Shown here in pieces: positions 45,284 through 53,634 of a DNA stretch of 64,000 nucleotides. How positions within the stretch are numbered: the stretch's first letter is position 1; each line of letters opens with the position of its first letter. Origin of the DNA: a virus. Location of the stretch: positions 4,476-68,475 of the IMG/VR virus record IMGVR_UViG_3300012347_000106; one strand, given 5' to 3'. The notes beneath the pieces were generated by a model. The model was not told where the DNA came from, made no database searches, and saw only the letters and a program-made list of their open reading frames with translations. Made by a program: the position numbers and the translations under genes.

Positions 45284-46194
45284 ACTACATCACTGACATC
45301 AAACCCTCCGCCGTTGCTGGCGTCGCTCGTTCCGCCATGATGGTGGACCTGCACATCTCCGTGTACTCGGGGCGCAAGCAAGACAAGTCAACCCAAGCCG
45401 AGGTCGTGGCCAACAAGGGGGCCAACTCCAAGCGTGCCGCATCCGTGTACAAGAATCTGTTCAGCGAGTGCAAAGAACTCGATGCCCTGACCAAGTTTCA
45501 AGCACGAGCACGGGCCGAGCACTACCGCCTCACACTGCCGTGGAATGACCAAGGCGCACGTCTCTTGCCCACTGCCTCACTGCTGGAGTACCAACAGATC
45601 ATGGGGCGCTATCGCAACGAGTTCGACCTGCTGGTTGATGCGTTCCTCGACAAGTACGACACGCTCGTAGCGGCGGCCGCCTTCCAACTCGGCACGCTGT
45701 TCGACCGCAAGGAATACCTGACACGTTCGCAGGTGTCCCTGCGCTTCCGCATGGAGTCGAGCTTCACACCCCTGCCTACCGGCGGCGACTTCCGTTTAGA
45801 TGTGGAGAGCGAGGTACAGCGCGACCTGATCGCCAAGTACGAAGCCCAGCTCGAAGCCAAGCTGTCACAGGCCAACCGTGATGCGTGGGATCGACTACAC
45901 GATGCGTTGCTGCGCTTGTCTGATCGACTGACCATCGACGAGGACGGCAAGAAGAAAGTGTTCCACGACACCACCGTTACCGGGGCAGTGGAGCTGTGCG
46001 AGCTGCTCACTACTATGAACATCATGAAAGACCCTCAGCTTGAGTCAGCGCGACGTAAGTTAGAGGAAGTATTGTCAGGCATCACACCGAAAGAATTGCG
46101 CGATGAGCACAGCACCCGTATTCAAACCAAGCAGAAAGTTGACGCCATCCTCGATGCCTTCGACTGGGGTAGCGATGACAGCGTGGACGCGTAA
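45280..46194 (+). CDS. hypothetical protein (helical, 304 aa)
   Basis: ATGA overlap upstream. No assignable motif. Confidence 0.5.
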   Translation: MNYITDIKPSAVAGVARSAMMVDLHISVYSGRKQDKSTQAEVVANKGANSKRAASVYKNLFSECKELDALTKFQARARAEHYRLTLPWNDQGARLLPTASLLEYQQIMGRYRNEFDLLVDAFLDKYDTLVAAAAFQLGTLFDRKEYLTRSQVSLRFRMESSFTPLPTGGDFRLDVESEVQRDLIAKYEAQLEAKLSQANRDAWDRLHDALLRLSDRLTIDEDGKKKVFHDTTVTGAVELCELLTTMNIMKDPQLESARRKLEEVLSGITPKELRDEHSTRIQTKQKVDAILDAFDWGSDDSVDA

Positions 46195-46234
46195 AGACGT
46201 AGGGCGGCTATGGCTAAACACAGTACACCCAAAC

Positions 46235-46489
46235 ATGCAACAAACACATGAACGCGAATACCGCTACGAAGAGCGCGACGACATGTACCACCTCAAATGC
46301 TGGCAAAACGGCGTTGAGACTTCATGGCGTGGCGAGTTGAACAGCCGACCGGAGTGGCTCAAGCACATCGTCAACACGGCGATCGTAGGGTCACACCTCA
46401 AGACGGTTCACGTACCGCCACCCAATGCCATCGTGTGGTTCACCACCGATCTCGACAACAACCTCTTAACCTTTTTGGAACTCACATGA
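46235..46489 (+). CDS. hypothetical protein (start uncertain)
   Basis: First in-frame Met after the upstream stop. 84 aa. Confidence 0.35.
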   Translation: MQQTHEREYRYEERDDMYHLKCWQNGVETSWRGELNSRPEWLKHIVNTAIVGSHLKTVHVPPPNAIVWFTTDLDNNLLTFLELT

Positions 46490-46566
46490 TCTACAATAAT
46501 CGCAGCCCCACAAACCGGCAAGTCTGTGGGGCCACTTCCCAAACCATCATGTAAAGGCATGACATC

Positions 46567-47052
46567 ATGAGCGAGCTGAATTCTACTCGTCTGCGCGAGC
46601 TTCTTACCTACGACCCCGCAACCGGCATATTTACATGGCGTATTGGCCGCAAAGGGCGCAGCACCAAGGCTGGGGCCCGTGCTGGGCGTCCGCATGTCAA
46701 AGGCTACGAGTGGATTGGTGTAGATGGCGAGCGCATCATGGCGCACCGCATTGCGTGGTGCTACACGCACGGGTACTGGCCACCCCACCAGATCGACCAC
46801 ATTAACGGCGACCGCGCCGATAACCGTTTGAGCAACCTACGGCTTGCGACACCGGCCGAAAATTTGCAGAACAAGAGACACCCCAACGGGGCAAACCCCT
46901 ATCGAGGGGTACGCAATTCCCACGGGCGTTGGCAAGCATCCATCTACGTGAATAAGAAGTTTGTCCACTTAGGAATGTTTGACACCCCAGAAGATGCCCG
47001 CGATGCGTACATACGCGCTAAGCGGGTTCATCACACTTTCAACACCCTCTAA
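46567..47052 (+). CDS. HNH endonuclease with C-terminal AP2 DNA-binding domain (homing endonuclease), paralog of 40587..41075
   Basis: AHRIAWCYTHG...IDHINGDRADNRLSNLRLATPAENLQN plus the AP2-like NPYRGVRNSHGRWQASIYVNKKFVHLGMFDTPEDARDAY. The two paralogs are clearly alignable. Confidence 0.8.
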   Translation: MSELNSTRLRELLTYDPATGIFTWRIGRKGRSTKAGARAGRPHVKGYEWIGVDGERIMAHRIAWCYTHGYWPPHQIDHINGDRADNRLSNLRLATPAENLQNKRHPNGANPYRGVRNSHGRWQASIYVNKKFVHLGMFDTPEDARDAYIRAKRVHHTFNTL

Positions 47053-47061
47053 GGACCCTGT

Positions 47062-47553
47062 ATGCGATATGAAAATTTGACAGACGACGAACTTATCCGC
47101 GAGGCCGACGGGCAGAGCGGCCTCATCAAAGCACTGAGCGAGCGCCTTGAGATGCGACAGAAGCCACACATGACTGCATTCGAGGAGCAAGCCTTCTTCA
47201 TGCTGGCGTGTGGCCAGACGGTGCATGAGGGCAACCCGGCGCAGGCCGAGATGTATCGTGAACTGATCGACGAAGAGTTCACTGAGATGCTGCAAGCGGA
47301 AGCCGACGGCAACGAAATAGAAGAGTTCGATGCTGTGCTTGACATGATCGTTGTGCTGATCGGTTACGGCCTGTCCCGTGGCTGGCCTATGAACGAAGGC
47401 TGGGCCGAAGTCATGCGATCCAACATGGCCAAGATCGACCCGAAGACAGGCACCGTGCGCCGCCGTGAAGACGGCAAGATTCTCAAGCCCGATGGCTGGA
47501 CACCACCTGATCTGGCGTCCCTCCTCAACCCCGCACAACGCGAAATGTTTTAA
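47062..47553 (+). CDS. MazG-like all-alpha nucleoside triphosphate pyrophosphohydrolase
   Basis: EEFTEMLQAEADGNEIEEFDAVLDMIVVLIGYG matches the MazG/NTP-PPase metal-binding helix pattern. Confidence 0.5.
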   Translation: MRYENLTDDELIREADGQSGLIKALSERLEMRQKPHMTAFEEQAFFMLACGQTVHEGNPAQAEMYRELIDEEFTEMLQAEADGNEIEEFDAVLDMIVVLIGYGLSRGWPMNEGWAEVMRSNMAKIDPKTGTVRRREDGKILKPDGWTPPDLASLLNPAQREMF

Positions 47554-47563
47554 GGTTAAAAGA
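47548..47563. repeat. palindromic early-region motif copy
   Basis: GTTTTAAGGTTAAAAG, then aa, then the ATG of 47565. Confidence 0.65.
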
Positions 47564-47564
47564 A

Positions 47565-47756
47565 ATGAAGCACTTCATCCTCCTGCTGGGCGTTGCCCTT
47601 GGTGGGTACTTCCTCTGGTACTACCTCAACAACCGAGAGCGTGTGTGGGCGACCATCATGCTTAAGCGGCACCTGTTCGCTGTACTGTTTCTCATCGCCG
47701 TCGCGGTGTTCTTCTTGGTGGTGCAGACCACCGTTCATTCCACTAAGCTCATCTGA
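47565..47756 (+). CDS. small two-TM membrane protein
   Basis: 63 aa with two hydrophobic helices, directly after a motif copy and immediately upstream of the SPFH lipoprotein gene. Confidence 0.45.
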   Translation: MKHFILLLGVALGGYFLWYYLNNRERVWATIMLKRHLFAVLFLIAVAVFFLVVQTTVHSTKLI

Positions 47757-47765
47757 AAGAAATCC

Positions 47766-48569
47766 ATGAAAACTATCCTCACTGCTATCGCTCTCGCATC
47801 CCTGTCCGCTTGCACGCAAATCGACACTGGCAACATTGGCGTCGAGTCAACCTTGGGCCAAGTCAAGAAGGAAACGATGCCACCCGGCGTCTACTTCACC
47901 ATGTTCAAGCGCGTCACTGAGGTGTCCGCCAAAGAGCTGCCCCTGCAACTCAACGACCTGAAGCCACAGACAAAAGACAAGATCACGCTGGCTGACCTCG
48001 ATGTGGACATCTACGTTCAGATGGACCCGAGCAAAGCCGCCGACATCATGACGCGCTGGCCCGGCGATATGGTCGAGTTCAAGGGTGAAGAAGGCGTTCG
48101 TCTCGGCAACAACTACGTCACACGTCAAGCGCGTGAGGCGGTCTACAACGTGGTCTCGCAGTACGGCTCTGATACCGTCCACACTGAGCGCGTGAACATC
48201 GCAGCCAAGGTTGTCGAAGCCCTCCAGAATGACCTCGATGACTCGGCTGGCAAGGGCTGGTATTTTGTCCGCTCCGCCAACGTGCGTAACCTAGTGACCG
48301 ACCCAGCACTTGAGGCTGCAATCAAGGAAAACGCAAACCGCAATTTCCAGATCGCATCCAAGCAAAAGGAAGTTGAGTTGGCCAAGGCTGAAGCAGACCG
48401 CAAGCGCGTTGAAGCCCAAGGCGATGCCGATGCCATCCGACTACGCGCAAGTGCTATCACCACTGCTGGCGGCAAAGAATACGTCGAGCTGAAGGCAATC
48501 GAGAAGTGGGACGGCAGACTGCCTACCACCATGCCCGGCCAAGTCACACCGTTCGTGCACATCAAATAA
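47766..48569 (+). CDS. SPFH/Band-7 (prohibitin/stomatin-like) domain lipoprotein
   Basis: Signal peptide with lipobox LSAC. The SPFH-like core has a coiled-coil tail (QIASKQKEVELAKAEADRKRVEAQGDADAIRLRA). Confidence 0.65.
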   Translation: MKTILTAIALASLSACTQIDTGNIGVESTLGQVKKETMPPGVYFTMFKRVTEVSAKELPLQLNDLKPQTKDKITLADLDVDIYVQMDPSKAADIMTRWPGDMVEFKGEEGVRLGNNYVTRQAREAVYNVVSQYGSDTVHTERVNIAAKVVEALQNDLDDSAGKGWYFVRSANVRNLVTDPALEAAIKENANRNFQIASKQKEVELAKAEADRKRVEAQGDADAIRLRASAITTAGGKEYVELKAIEKWDGRLPTTMPGQVTPFVHIK

Positions 48570-48579
48570 GGAGAACAGC

Positions 48580-49047
48580 ATGAAGTTCAATAAGTTCACC
48601 AAGCAAGCCATCGTCCGTGCAATCATTCAGGACATCCCACCCATCGACAGCGAAGCCCGTGCCAAGGCTATCCACGAAGCCATCGTCAAGGCCATGAGCC
48701 CAGAGGTTCGCAAGCTATTCAAGACCCATCCGAGCGCATTGCGCAAGGCAAGTGTTCGATACGCCAACCCATTCCGCACTTGGGGCAGCGACGTTACCGT
48801 GGGCGATGTGACTGATAAACAGCTCGCGGAAATCTGTAAGCCGTACGAGACGCAAGAGGAGGAACGTGCACAAGCGGAGCGCAAGCTGGGCCGCGCGTTC
48901 GAGGGTATCAACACACTCAAGCAAGCACTGACCACATTCCCTGAGTTCAAGAAGTACTACCCAACCGAGGAAGAGCCGACTAAGAATCTGCCAGCACTCG
49001 CAAACGTCATGGCCGATCTGAGCAAGCTCGGCTGGCCAAAGAAATAA
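48580..49047 (+). CDS. hypothetical protein
   Basis: 155 aa with an AAGGAG SD. Confidence 0.5.
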   Translation: MKFNKFTKQAIVRAIIQDIPPIDSEARAKAIHEAIVKAMSPEVRKLFKTHPSALRKASVRYANPFRTWGSDVTVGDVTDKQLAEICKPYETQEEERAQAERKLGRAFEGINTLKQALTTFPEFKKYYPTEEEPTKNLPALANVMADLSKLGWPKK

Positions 49048-49057
49048 GGAGCACACC

Positions 49058-49555
49058 ATGCCTGATCTGAAATCTGAATTGTCCAAAGTCATCAACTCAT
49101 GGGAGACACCTGTGGCTACACCAACACCTACTTACGCCCCGTCCGGCCATCGAACCACAACGAACTCAACGCGCACCACATTCAACTACGTGCGTGACAA
49201 CCCCGGAATGACACGAGCCGAAGTCATAGCAGGTCTGGCAAAGGTTGGTGTGAAGCTCGGCTCCTCATCATCACTGATAGCTACACTGGTGGCTCGGGGT
49301 AACCTGCGACTGACCAGTGGCGGTCTGTTGTTCGCTACGCAGAAAGAGTACAAGCCGTTGCCAAACCCTAAAACCCGAGTCGTTAAGAAGAAGGCCGCAC
49401 CTGTTGTTGAGGCGCCTGTTGCAGCTCCCGCACCGACCGTTGCTACAACCTACGCTACACCCGCCGATTGGACTGTTGAGTCAGTGGTCGACAACCTGAA
49501 CGTGCGTCAAGCGATGGCTGTGTACGCAGAGTTGCGCAAAATCTTCGGAGAGTGA
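49058..49555 (+). CDS. hypothetical protein (Pro/Ala/Thr-rich linker)
   Basis: 165 aa with an AAGGAG SD. Confidence 0.5.
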   Translation: MPDLKSELSKVINSWETPVATPTPTYAPSGHRTTTNSTRTTFNYVRDNPGMTRAEVIAGLAKVGVKLGSSSSLIATLVARGNLRLTSGGLLFATQKEYKPLPNPKTRVVKKKAAPVVEAPVAAPAPTVATTYATPADWTVESVVDNLNVRQAMAVYAELRKIFGE

Positions 49556-49556
49556 G

Positions 49557-49703
49557 ATGAACGCCATCATCGCTTTTCTTAAACGCTGGCTTGGCCCTGT
49601 CAAGCCCGCACAGACCGATGAACACTGCCCCTTCTGCCATGGCTTGGGCTACGACAGCAGTGGGTTCACTTGCACTTGCTTGAGGGAGAAGAAGCATGAC
49701 TGA
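49557..49703 (+). CDS. small Cys-rich (zinc-ribbon-like) protein
   Basis: 48-aa ORF with CPFCHG...CTC, coupled to its neighbours. Below the track cutoff. Confidence 0.3.
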   Translation: MNAIIAFLKRWLGPVKPAQTDEHCPFCHGLGYDSSGFTCTCLREKKHD

Positions 49704-49884
49704 AGTCAGATTTCAAATCATGCCAGCACAAGACCCCAACTGGAAGTGCTACTTGTTTGGCAACACACCTAGCGGACACGGCATGATTTACATCCCGGCG
49801 GAGGGCCAAGTGCCCAACTGGTTTGTGCGCTGGATGATGAAGGTGTGCCTTGGTTGCACATGGGTTAAGAAGGAAAACACATGA
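49696..49884 (+). CDS. hypothetical small protein
   Basis: 62 aa. Confidence 0.4.
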   Translation: MTEVRFQIMPAQDPNWKCYLFGNTPSGHGMIYIPAEGQVPNWFVRWMMKVCLGCTWVKKENT

Positions 49885-50048
49885 AAGACGAAGCATTGAA
49901 GCTGGCGCTGGAAGCGTTGGAAGACAGGACAAGTCTTATGAAGTGGCAAGCAGCCCGTGATGCAGTTAAAAAAGCCTTGGCACAGCCAGAGCATAAGCCG
50001 GTGGCCTACGAAAGCAGAGTCGCTCATATGTTTGGAGATAAGCGATGA
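49881..50048 (+). CDS. small protein paralogous to the N-terminus of the RF-1-domain protein
   Basis: The first roughly 40 nt (atgaaagacgaagcattgaagctggcgctggaagcgttggaag) are nearly identical to the start of the next gene (MKDEALKLALEALE vs MTKDEALKLALEALE). Exact end is +/-1 nt. Confidence 0.35.
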   Translation: MKDEALKLALEALEDRTSLMKWQAARDAVKKALAQPEHKPVAYESRVAHMFGDKR

Positions 50049-50740
50049 CCAAAGACGAAGCATTGAAGCTGGCGCTGGAGGCGTTGGAAGCACACGCAGA
50101 CATCGGCATTAAGTCTGACAAAGCCATCACCGCCATCAAGCAAGCCCTTGCAGCACCTGTGCAGCCTGTGGCGTTTCTTGCAAACGGGACGCGCTTCAAA
50201 ATCAGCTATGACAGCCGCCAAAGCGGAGGCCAGATTCACGGCATTCCTCCAGAACTTGGCGGGCAATGGGTTGCGCTCGTTGCAGCCGAGGATGATTGCC
50301 ACCTGAAGCTCGCCACCCCACCCGCAGCACCTGTGCAGGAGCCGACGAAGCTGAAGCCCGAAGATGTGATTGTCGAAACTTACTCAACCCAAAAAGGCGG
50401 GTTCGTTCTCAAGCCCGACAACGGCGTGCGCTTGATCCACAAGCCAACTGGCATCGTCATGCAGTGCGCCAGTGAGCGCAGCCAGCACCGCAACCGTGAC
50501 CAAGCGTGGCGAGACTTGGAGCGTTACCTCTATGGGGCCAGACCTCAACCCGCAGCACAGCGGCAATGTGTTGGGCTGACTGAGCGAGAGATTGAGCTAC
50601 TTGACGGGATGATTGCGGTGCAACTTGACCATGCAGCGCGGTGCGACGGTATTGCAAACCGCACGATGGCCGAGAAGCAAAAAGGCTGGGACATGGAGCG
50701 CGTGGCGCTACTGCAAAAATTAAAGAAGGAAAAATCATGA
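50045..50740 (+). CDS. peptide-chain-release-factor-like (RF-1 domain, ArfB/class I RF GGQ-domain family) protein
   Basis: VRLIHKPTGIVMQCASERSQHRNRDQAWRDLERYL matches the conserved RF-1 domain core. At the canonical GGQ position the sequence reads KGGF, although two GGQ tripeptides occur about 55 residues upstream. Confidence 0.55.
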   Translation: MTKDEALKLALEALEAHADIGIKSDKAITAIKQALAAPVQPVAFLANGTRFKISYDSRQSGGQIHGIPPELGGQWVALVAAEDDCHLKLATPPAAPVQEPTKLKPEDVIVETYSTQKGGFVLKPDNGVRLIHKPTGIVMQCASERSQHRNRDQAWRDLERYLYGARPQPAAQRQCVGLTEREIELLDGMIAVQLDHAARCDGIANRTMAEKQKGWDMERVALLQKLKKEKS

Positions 50741-50970
50741 ACATCGTGATCTACACCAAGTCGCAGTGCCCCAACTGCACGACAGCAAAGATTCTGCTGG
50801 AAAGCAAAGGGATTAATTACATGGGGATCGACTGCGACAACCCGTACGAATTTGATGGACTTCGCCAAAAGCATCCAGAGGTTAAGCAACTGCCCCAGAT
50901 ATTCATCAACGGTCAGCGTGTCGGTGGACTGGCTGGTCTGCAAGCAGCGTTGAAGGAGATGGGTCTATGA
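50737..50970 (+). CDS. glutaredoxin-like protein (CPNC active site)
   Basis: 77 aa. N-terminal IVIYTKSQCPNCTTAK plus a C-terminal GG...L pattern of the glutaredoxin/NrdH fold. Confidence 0.65.
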   Translation: MNIVIYTKSQCPNCTTAKILLESKGINYMGIDCDNPYEFDGLRQKHPEVKQLPQIFINGQRVGGLAGLQAALKEMGL

Positions 50971-51167
50971 GCGATTACCCGATCAAATACAACCTTCCAG
51001 AGCCGTGCGAATACGCCTTTATCCAAACACCAAAACCCGTTGGCTACTGGATTTTGGACCCCGGTGGTGTGGTGCATACGCAGTTTGCGATGTTCAGCAA
51101 ACCAACGGGCGAGCAGATCAAGAACACCGAGCAAATGTTCGGTTGGAAATGGAAGGACGCTAAATGA
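50967..51167 (+). CDS. hypothetical small protein
   Basis: 66 aa, coupled. Confidence 0.4.
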   Translation: MSDYPIKYNLPEPCEYAFIQTPKPVGYWILDPGGVVHTQFAMFSKPTGEQIKNTEQMFGWKWKDAK

Positions 51168-51376
51168 AAACAGTGATTGAGATGGCGCGTGAGGCTGGCA
51201 TGAACCTTACACCTGCACAGTTTTCTGGTGTGCTTGAGGATGAGATAGACGAGTTTCAGCTTAAGCGTTTTGCCGAGCTTGCCCGTGCTGAAGAAAACGA
51301 AGCCTGTGCCCTGATCGCAGACGAAGCAGCGCCCTATAACGCAGCGGACCTGATCCGCAAAAGGATGAAAAAATGA
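51164..51376 (+). CDS. hypothetical small protein
   Basis: 70 aa, coupled. Confidence 0.4.
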   Translation: MKTVIEMAREAGMNLTPAQFSGVLEDEIDEFQLKRFAELARAEENEACALIADEAAPYNAADLIRKRMKK

Positions 51377-51579
51377 CAACCAAGACCACACACGACCAGC
51401 TTGCGCTGGTGGATGTGTTCCATCACTGGGCTCCGATCGACCCTGCCAAGCCCCCTCCTCGGGGGGTGAAGCTTCTGCTGATTGACGAGCGCTTGGGGGT
51501 GGCTACCATTGGCAGTTACTCACCAACGGCCTCGTGGACACACTACGCGGGGCTACCAACATTCAAGAGGGAACCATGA
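51373..51579 (+). CDS. hypothetical small protein
   Basis: 68 aa, coupled. Confidence 0.4.
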   Translation: MTTKTTHDQLALVDVFHHWAPIDPAKPPPRGVKLLLIDERLGVATIGSYSPTASWTHYAGLPTFKREP

Positions 51580-51758
51580 ACGAAGAGCCCATCTTAGGAT
51601 ACGACAAGGACGGCAACCCGATCCACGAAACCAAGCGTGGCTACATCTACACCGCAGCCTGCATCATGTGCTGTAAGTGCCGGACGCTCATTCGCGGCTC
51701 GGGGGGCCCTATGCACGGGAGCGTTTGCGTACCATGCCACAACAAGGAGAACACATGA
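51576..51758 (+). CDS. small Cys-rich zinc-finger-like protein
   Basis: Start at Met15 of the track ORF. 60 aa with CIMCCKC...CVPCH. Confidence 0.4.
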   Translation: MNEEPILGYDKDGNPIHETKRGYIYTAACIMCCKCRTLIRGSGGPMHGSVCVPCHNKENT

Positions 51759-51892
51759 ACGAAGAAGACCGCCAACTGGACTTGGCCCTTGCCGAGTGTG
51801 AGGCTGAGAACCGCCTACTGCGTGCACGCAACGAACGCCTTGAGCGCGAACTGCGAGAGCTGCGGGCACTGCTTGAGGATGACGGGAAATGA
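51755..51892 (+). CDS. small coiled-coil protein
   Basis: 45-aa ORF (start at Met27 of the track ORF). Leu/Arg/Glu heptads. Confidence 0.3.
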   Translation: MNEEDRQLDLALAECEAENRLLRARNERLERELRELRALLEDDGK

Positions 51893-52158
51893 GCAACACA
51901 AACACAGGTGGGCCAGCGTTTCCAGCATGGGAGCAAGATGAATACGGGTCGAAGTTTTTTAACGAAGGCATGACCCTGCGCGACTACTTTGCTTCCGACG
52001 CGATGAAGGGGATTATTTGCGCACCCAATGCAGACGATGACACGACCCCCGCTGTCTATCTTAGTGACGGCCTCGGGTTTTCTGATGGTATGCGAGGTCG
52101 TATTGCAGTGGCCGCGTACGCAATGGCAGACGCCATGCTAAAAGCGAGAGCCCAATGA
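51889..52158 (+). CDS. hypothetical protein
   Basis: 89 aa. Confidence 0.45.
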   Translation: MSNTNTGGPAFPAWEQDEYGSKFFNEGMTLRDYFASDAMKGIICAPNADDDTTPAVYLSDGLGFSDGMRGRIAVAAYAMADAMLKARAQ

Positions 52159-52625
52159 GAAAGCGCAGTAAGTACCGACCCAAGGGGGTCATACGCGACA
52201 CCATGACTTGGGTGCAGGCTGGCATGAAGCGCGTTGATGCGATCAGTGCTGGCACCACGCTCAAGATCAGGAACCACGATGCCATGAACAGCTTGCGTTT
52301 GGGTGCGGCTACGCGGCGCGAGATCGACGCCATCATCGACGCCATGAATGTGGCCGAGGCTTTGTGCAAACGCGGCACGGGTGGTGACTGGCTGGCGGAG
52401 ATTCAAGCTGCGCAGGATCACCTACTGGAGCTGGCCCGGCGCGGTGTTGCCAACGACATGCGATTCATCGTACGCGGTGAAGAACTCAAGGCGCTCAACC
52501 TTGGCATGGAGATACACGACGCACAGCTTGAAGCTGTGACGGTGCGCGAGTTGGAACTCGCCATGAATGATGTAATGGAAAACCTACGCCTCAAGAAAAT
52601 GCGGCACATTGTGGAGACAGTATGA
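52155..52625 (+). CDS. hypothetical protein
   Basis: 156 aa. Confidence 0.5.
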   Translation: MRKRSKYRPKGVIRDTMTWVQAGMKRVDAISAGTTLKIRNHDAMNSLRLGAATRREIDAIIDAMNVAEALCKRGTGGDWLAEIQAAQDHLLELARRGVANDMRFIVRGEELKALNLGMEIHDAQLEAVTVRELELAMNDVMENLRLKKMRHIVETV

Positions 52626-52858
52626 CTTACCCAGAGACATGGCCTGATGGCACCCCCAAGTCGATGAACAACGCCTTCAACTGGCGTGTCGGAGAGGCTA
52701 CGGCCGTCCCCTTCGTTGCAAACAAGAACCTACGCGCACGCGACCTGCACTCCAATGGAAACATCTACACCTACACCAAAGCCGCGAAGCCGTCGAACAA
52801 GTTCACCGGCGGCAAGCCGCCCAAAGGCAACAAAATGTTCACCATCAAAAAGCAGTAA
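52622..52858 (+). CDS. hypothetical protein
   Basis: 78 aa. Confidence 0.45.
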   Translation: MTYPETWPDGTPKSMNNAFNWRVGEATAVPFVANKNLRARDLHSNGNIYTYTKAAKPSNKFTGGKPPKGNKMFTIKKQ

Positions 52859-52939
52859 CCGACTGTGGCCGTTTCCGGTCGTCATCGGTACACTACCGTT
52901 CCTTGAAATCCCACTCCCACCAATCGAAGAAGCCCTCCT

Positions 52940-53254
52940 ATGACACAAATCGAAATGTTTCCTGACGCCCCGAACCCTACCGACGTTGACGCTGTGCTTG
53001 CCCAGCGAGGCAGCCGCTACGGTAAATTCATTGACGTCTCCATAGCCACGGTGGCCATCCAAGAAGCGGTGTACGCCAACATGGCAGCCGACAAAATCAA
53101 CTCACTGGACCCAGATATGTCTGTTGCCATCGACATGATCTGTCACAAACTGGCCCGCATAGCTGTCGGTGATGCCGAGTACGTTGACAACTGGGTTGAC
53201 ATTGCAGGCTACGCTAAGCTCGTAGCCGAGCGGCTTGAAGGGCGGATACTCTGA
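52940..53254 (+). CDS. hypothetical protein
   Basis: 104 aa. Confidence 0.45.
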   Translation: MTQIEMFPDAPNPTDVDAVLAQRGSRYGKFIDVSIATVAIQEAVYANMAADKINSLDPDMSVAIDMICHKLARIAVGDAEYVDNWVDIAGYAKLVAERLEGRIL

Positions 53255-53634
53255 TGGCAACGCCTGAGTCAAAGGTCAAGGCCAAAATCCACGCACTGCT
53301 CAAGAAGCACAAGGCGTATGCAGTCAACTACATCGGCGGCATCTCTGCCAACAACGGCACGCCTGACATCCTTGCGTGCCTCAACGGGCGGTTCATCGGC
53401 ATCGAAGCCAAGGCTGGCAAGAACAAGCCGACCGACCTGCAAACTCTTAACCTTAAAAGAATTGACGAAGCTGGCGGTCTGGCATTGGTCATCAATGAAG
53501 AGAACCTCAACCAACTGGAGGACATCCTTGAAGCACCCCACCCCCGATCCAATTACCAGCTTTTTGCAAGACCACTCACCGAAACTGACACCGGAACAGG
53601 AACGCCGGTTAAACGCAAACCTAAGGAGGCGTGA
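53254..53634 (+). CDS. VRR-NUC domain nuclease (PD-(D/E)xK)
   Basis: GTPDILAC...FIGIEAKAGKNKPTDLQ gives the PD...E.K catalytic triad arrangement of VRR-NUC. Confidence 0.65.
   Translation: MATPESKVKAKIHALLKKHKAYAVNYIGGISANNGTPDILACLNGRFIGIEAKAGKNKPTDLQTLNLKRIDEAGGLALVINEENLNQLEDILEAPHPRSNYQLFARPLTETDTGTGTPVKRKPKEA
53445..53459. repeat. palindromic early-region motif copy (reverse orientation) inside VRR-NUC CDS
   Basis: TCTTAACCTTAAAAG within 53254..53634. Confidence 0.5.

Noticed and set aside
32641-53460. CRISPR array interpretation of the recurring 15-16 bp motif
   Set aside because: Copies are irregularly spaced (hundreds to thousands of bp), occur in both orientations, and sit at gene starts. 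No cas genes.
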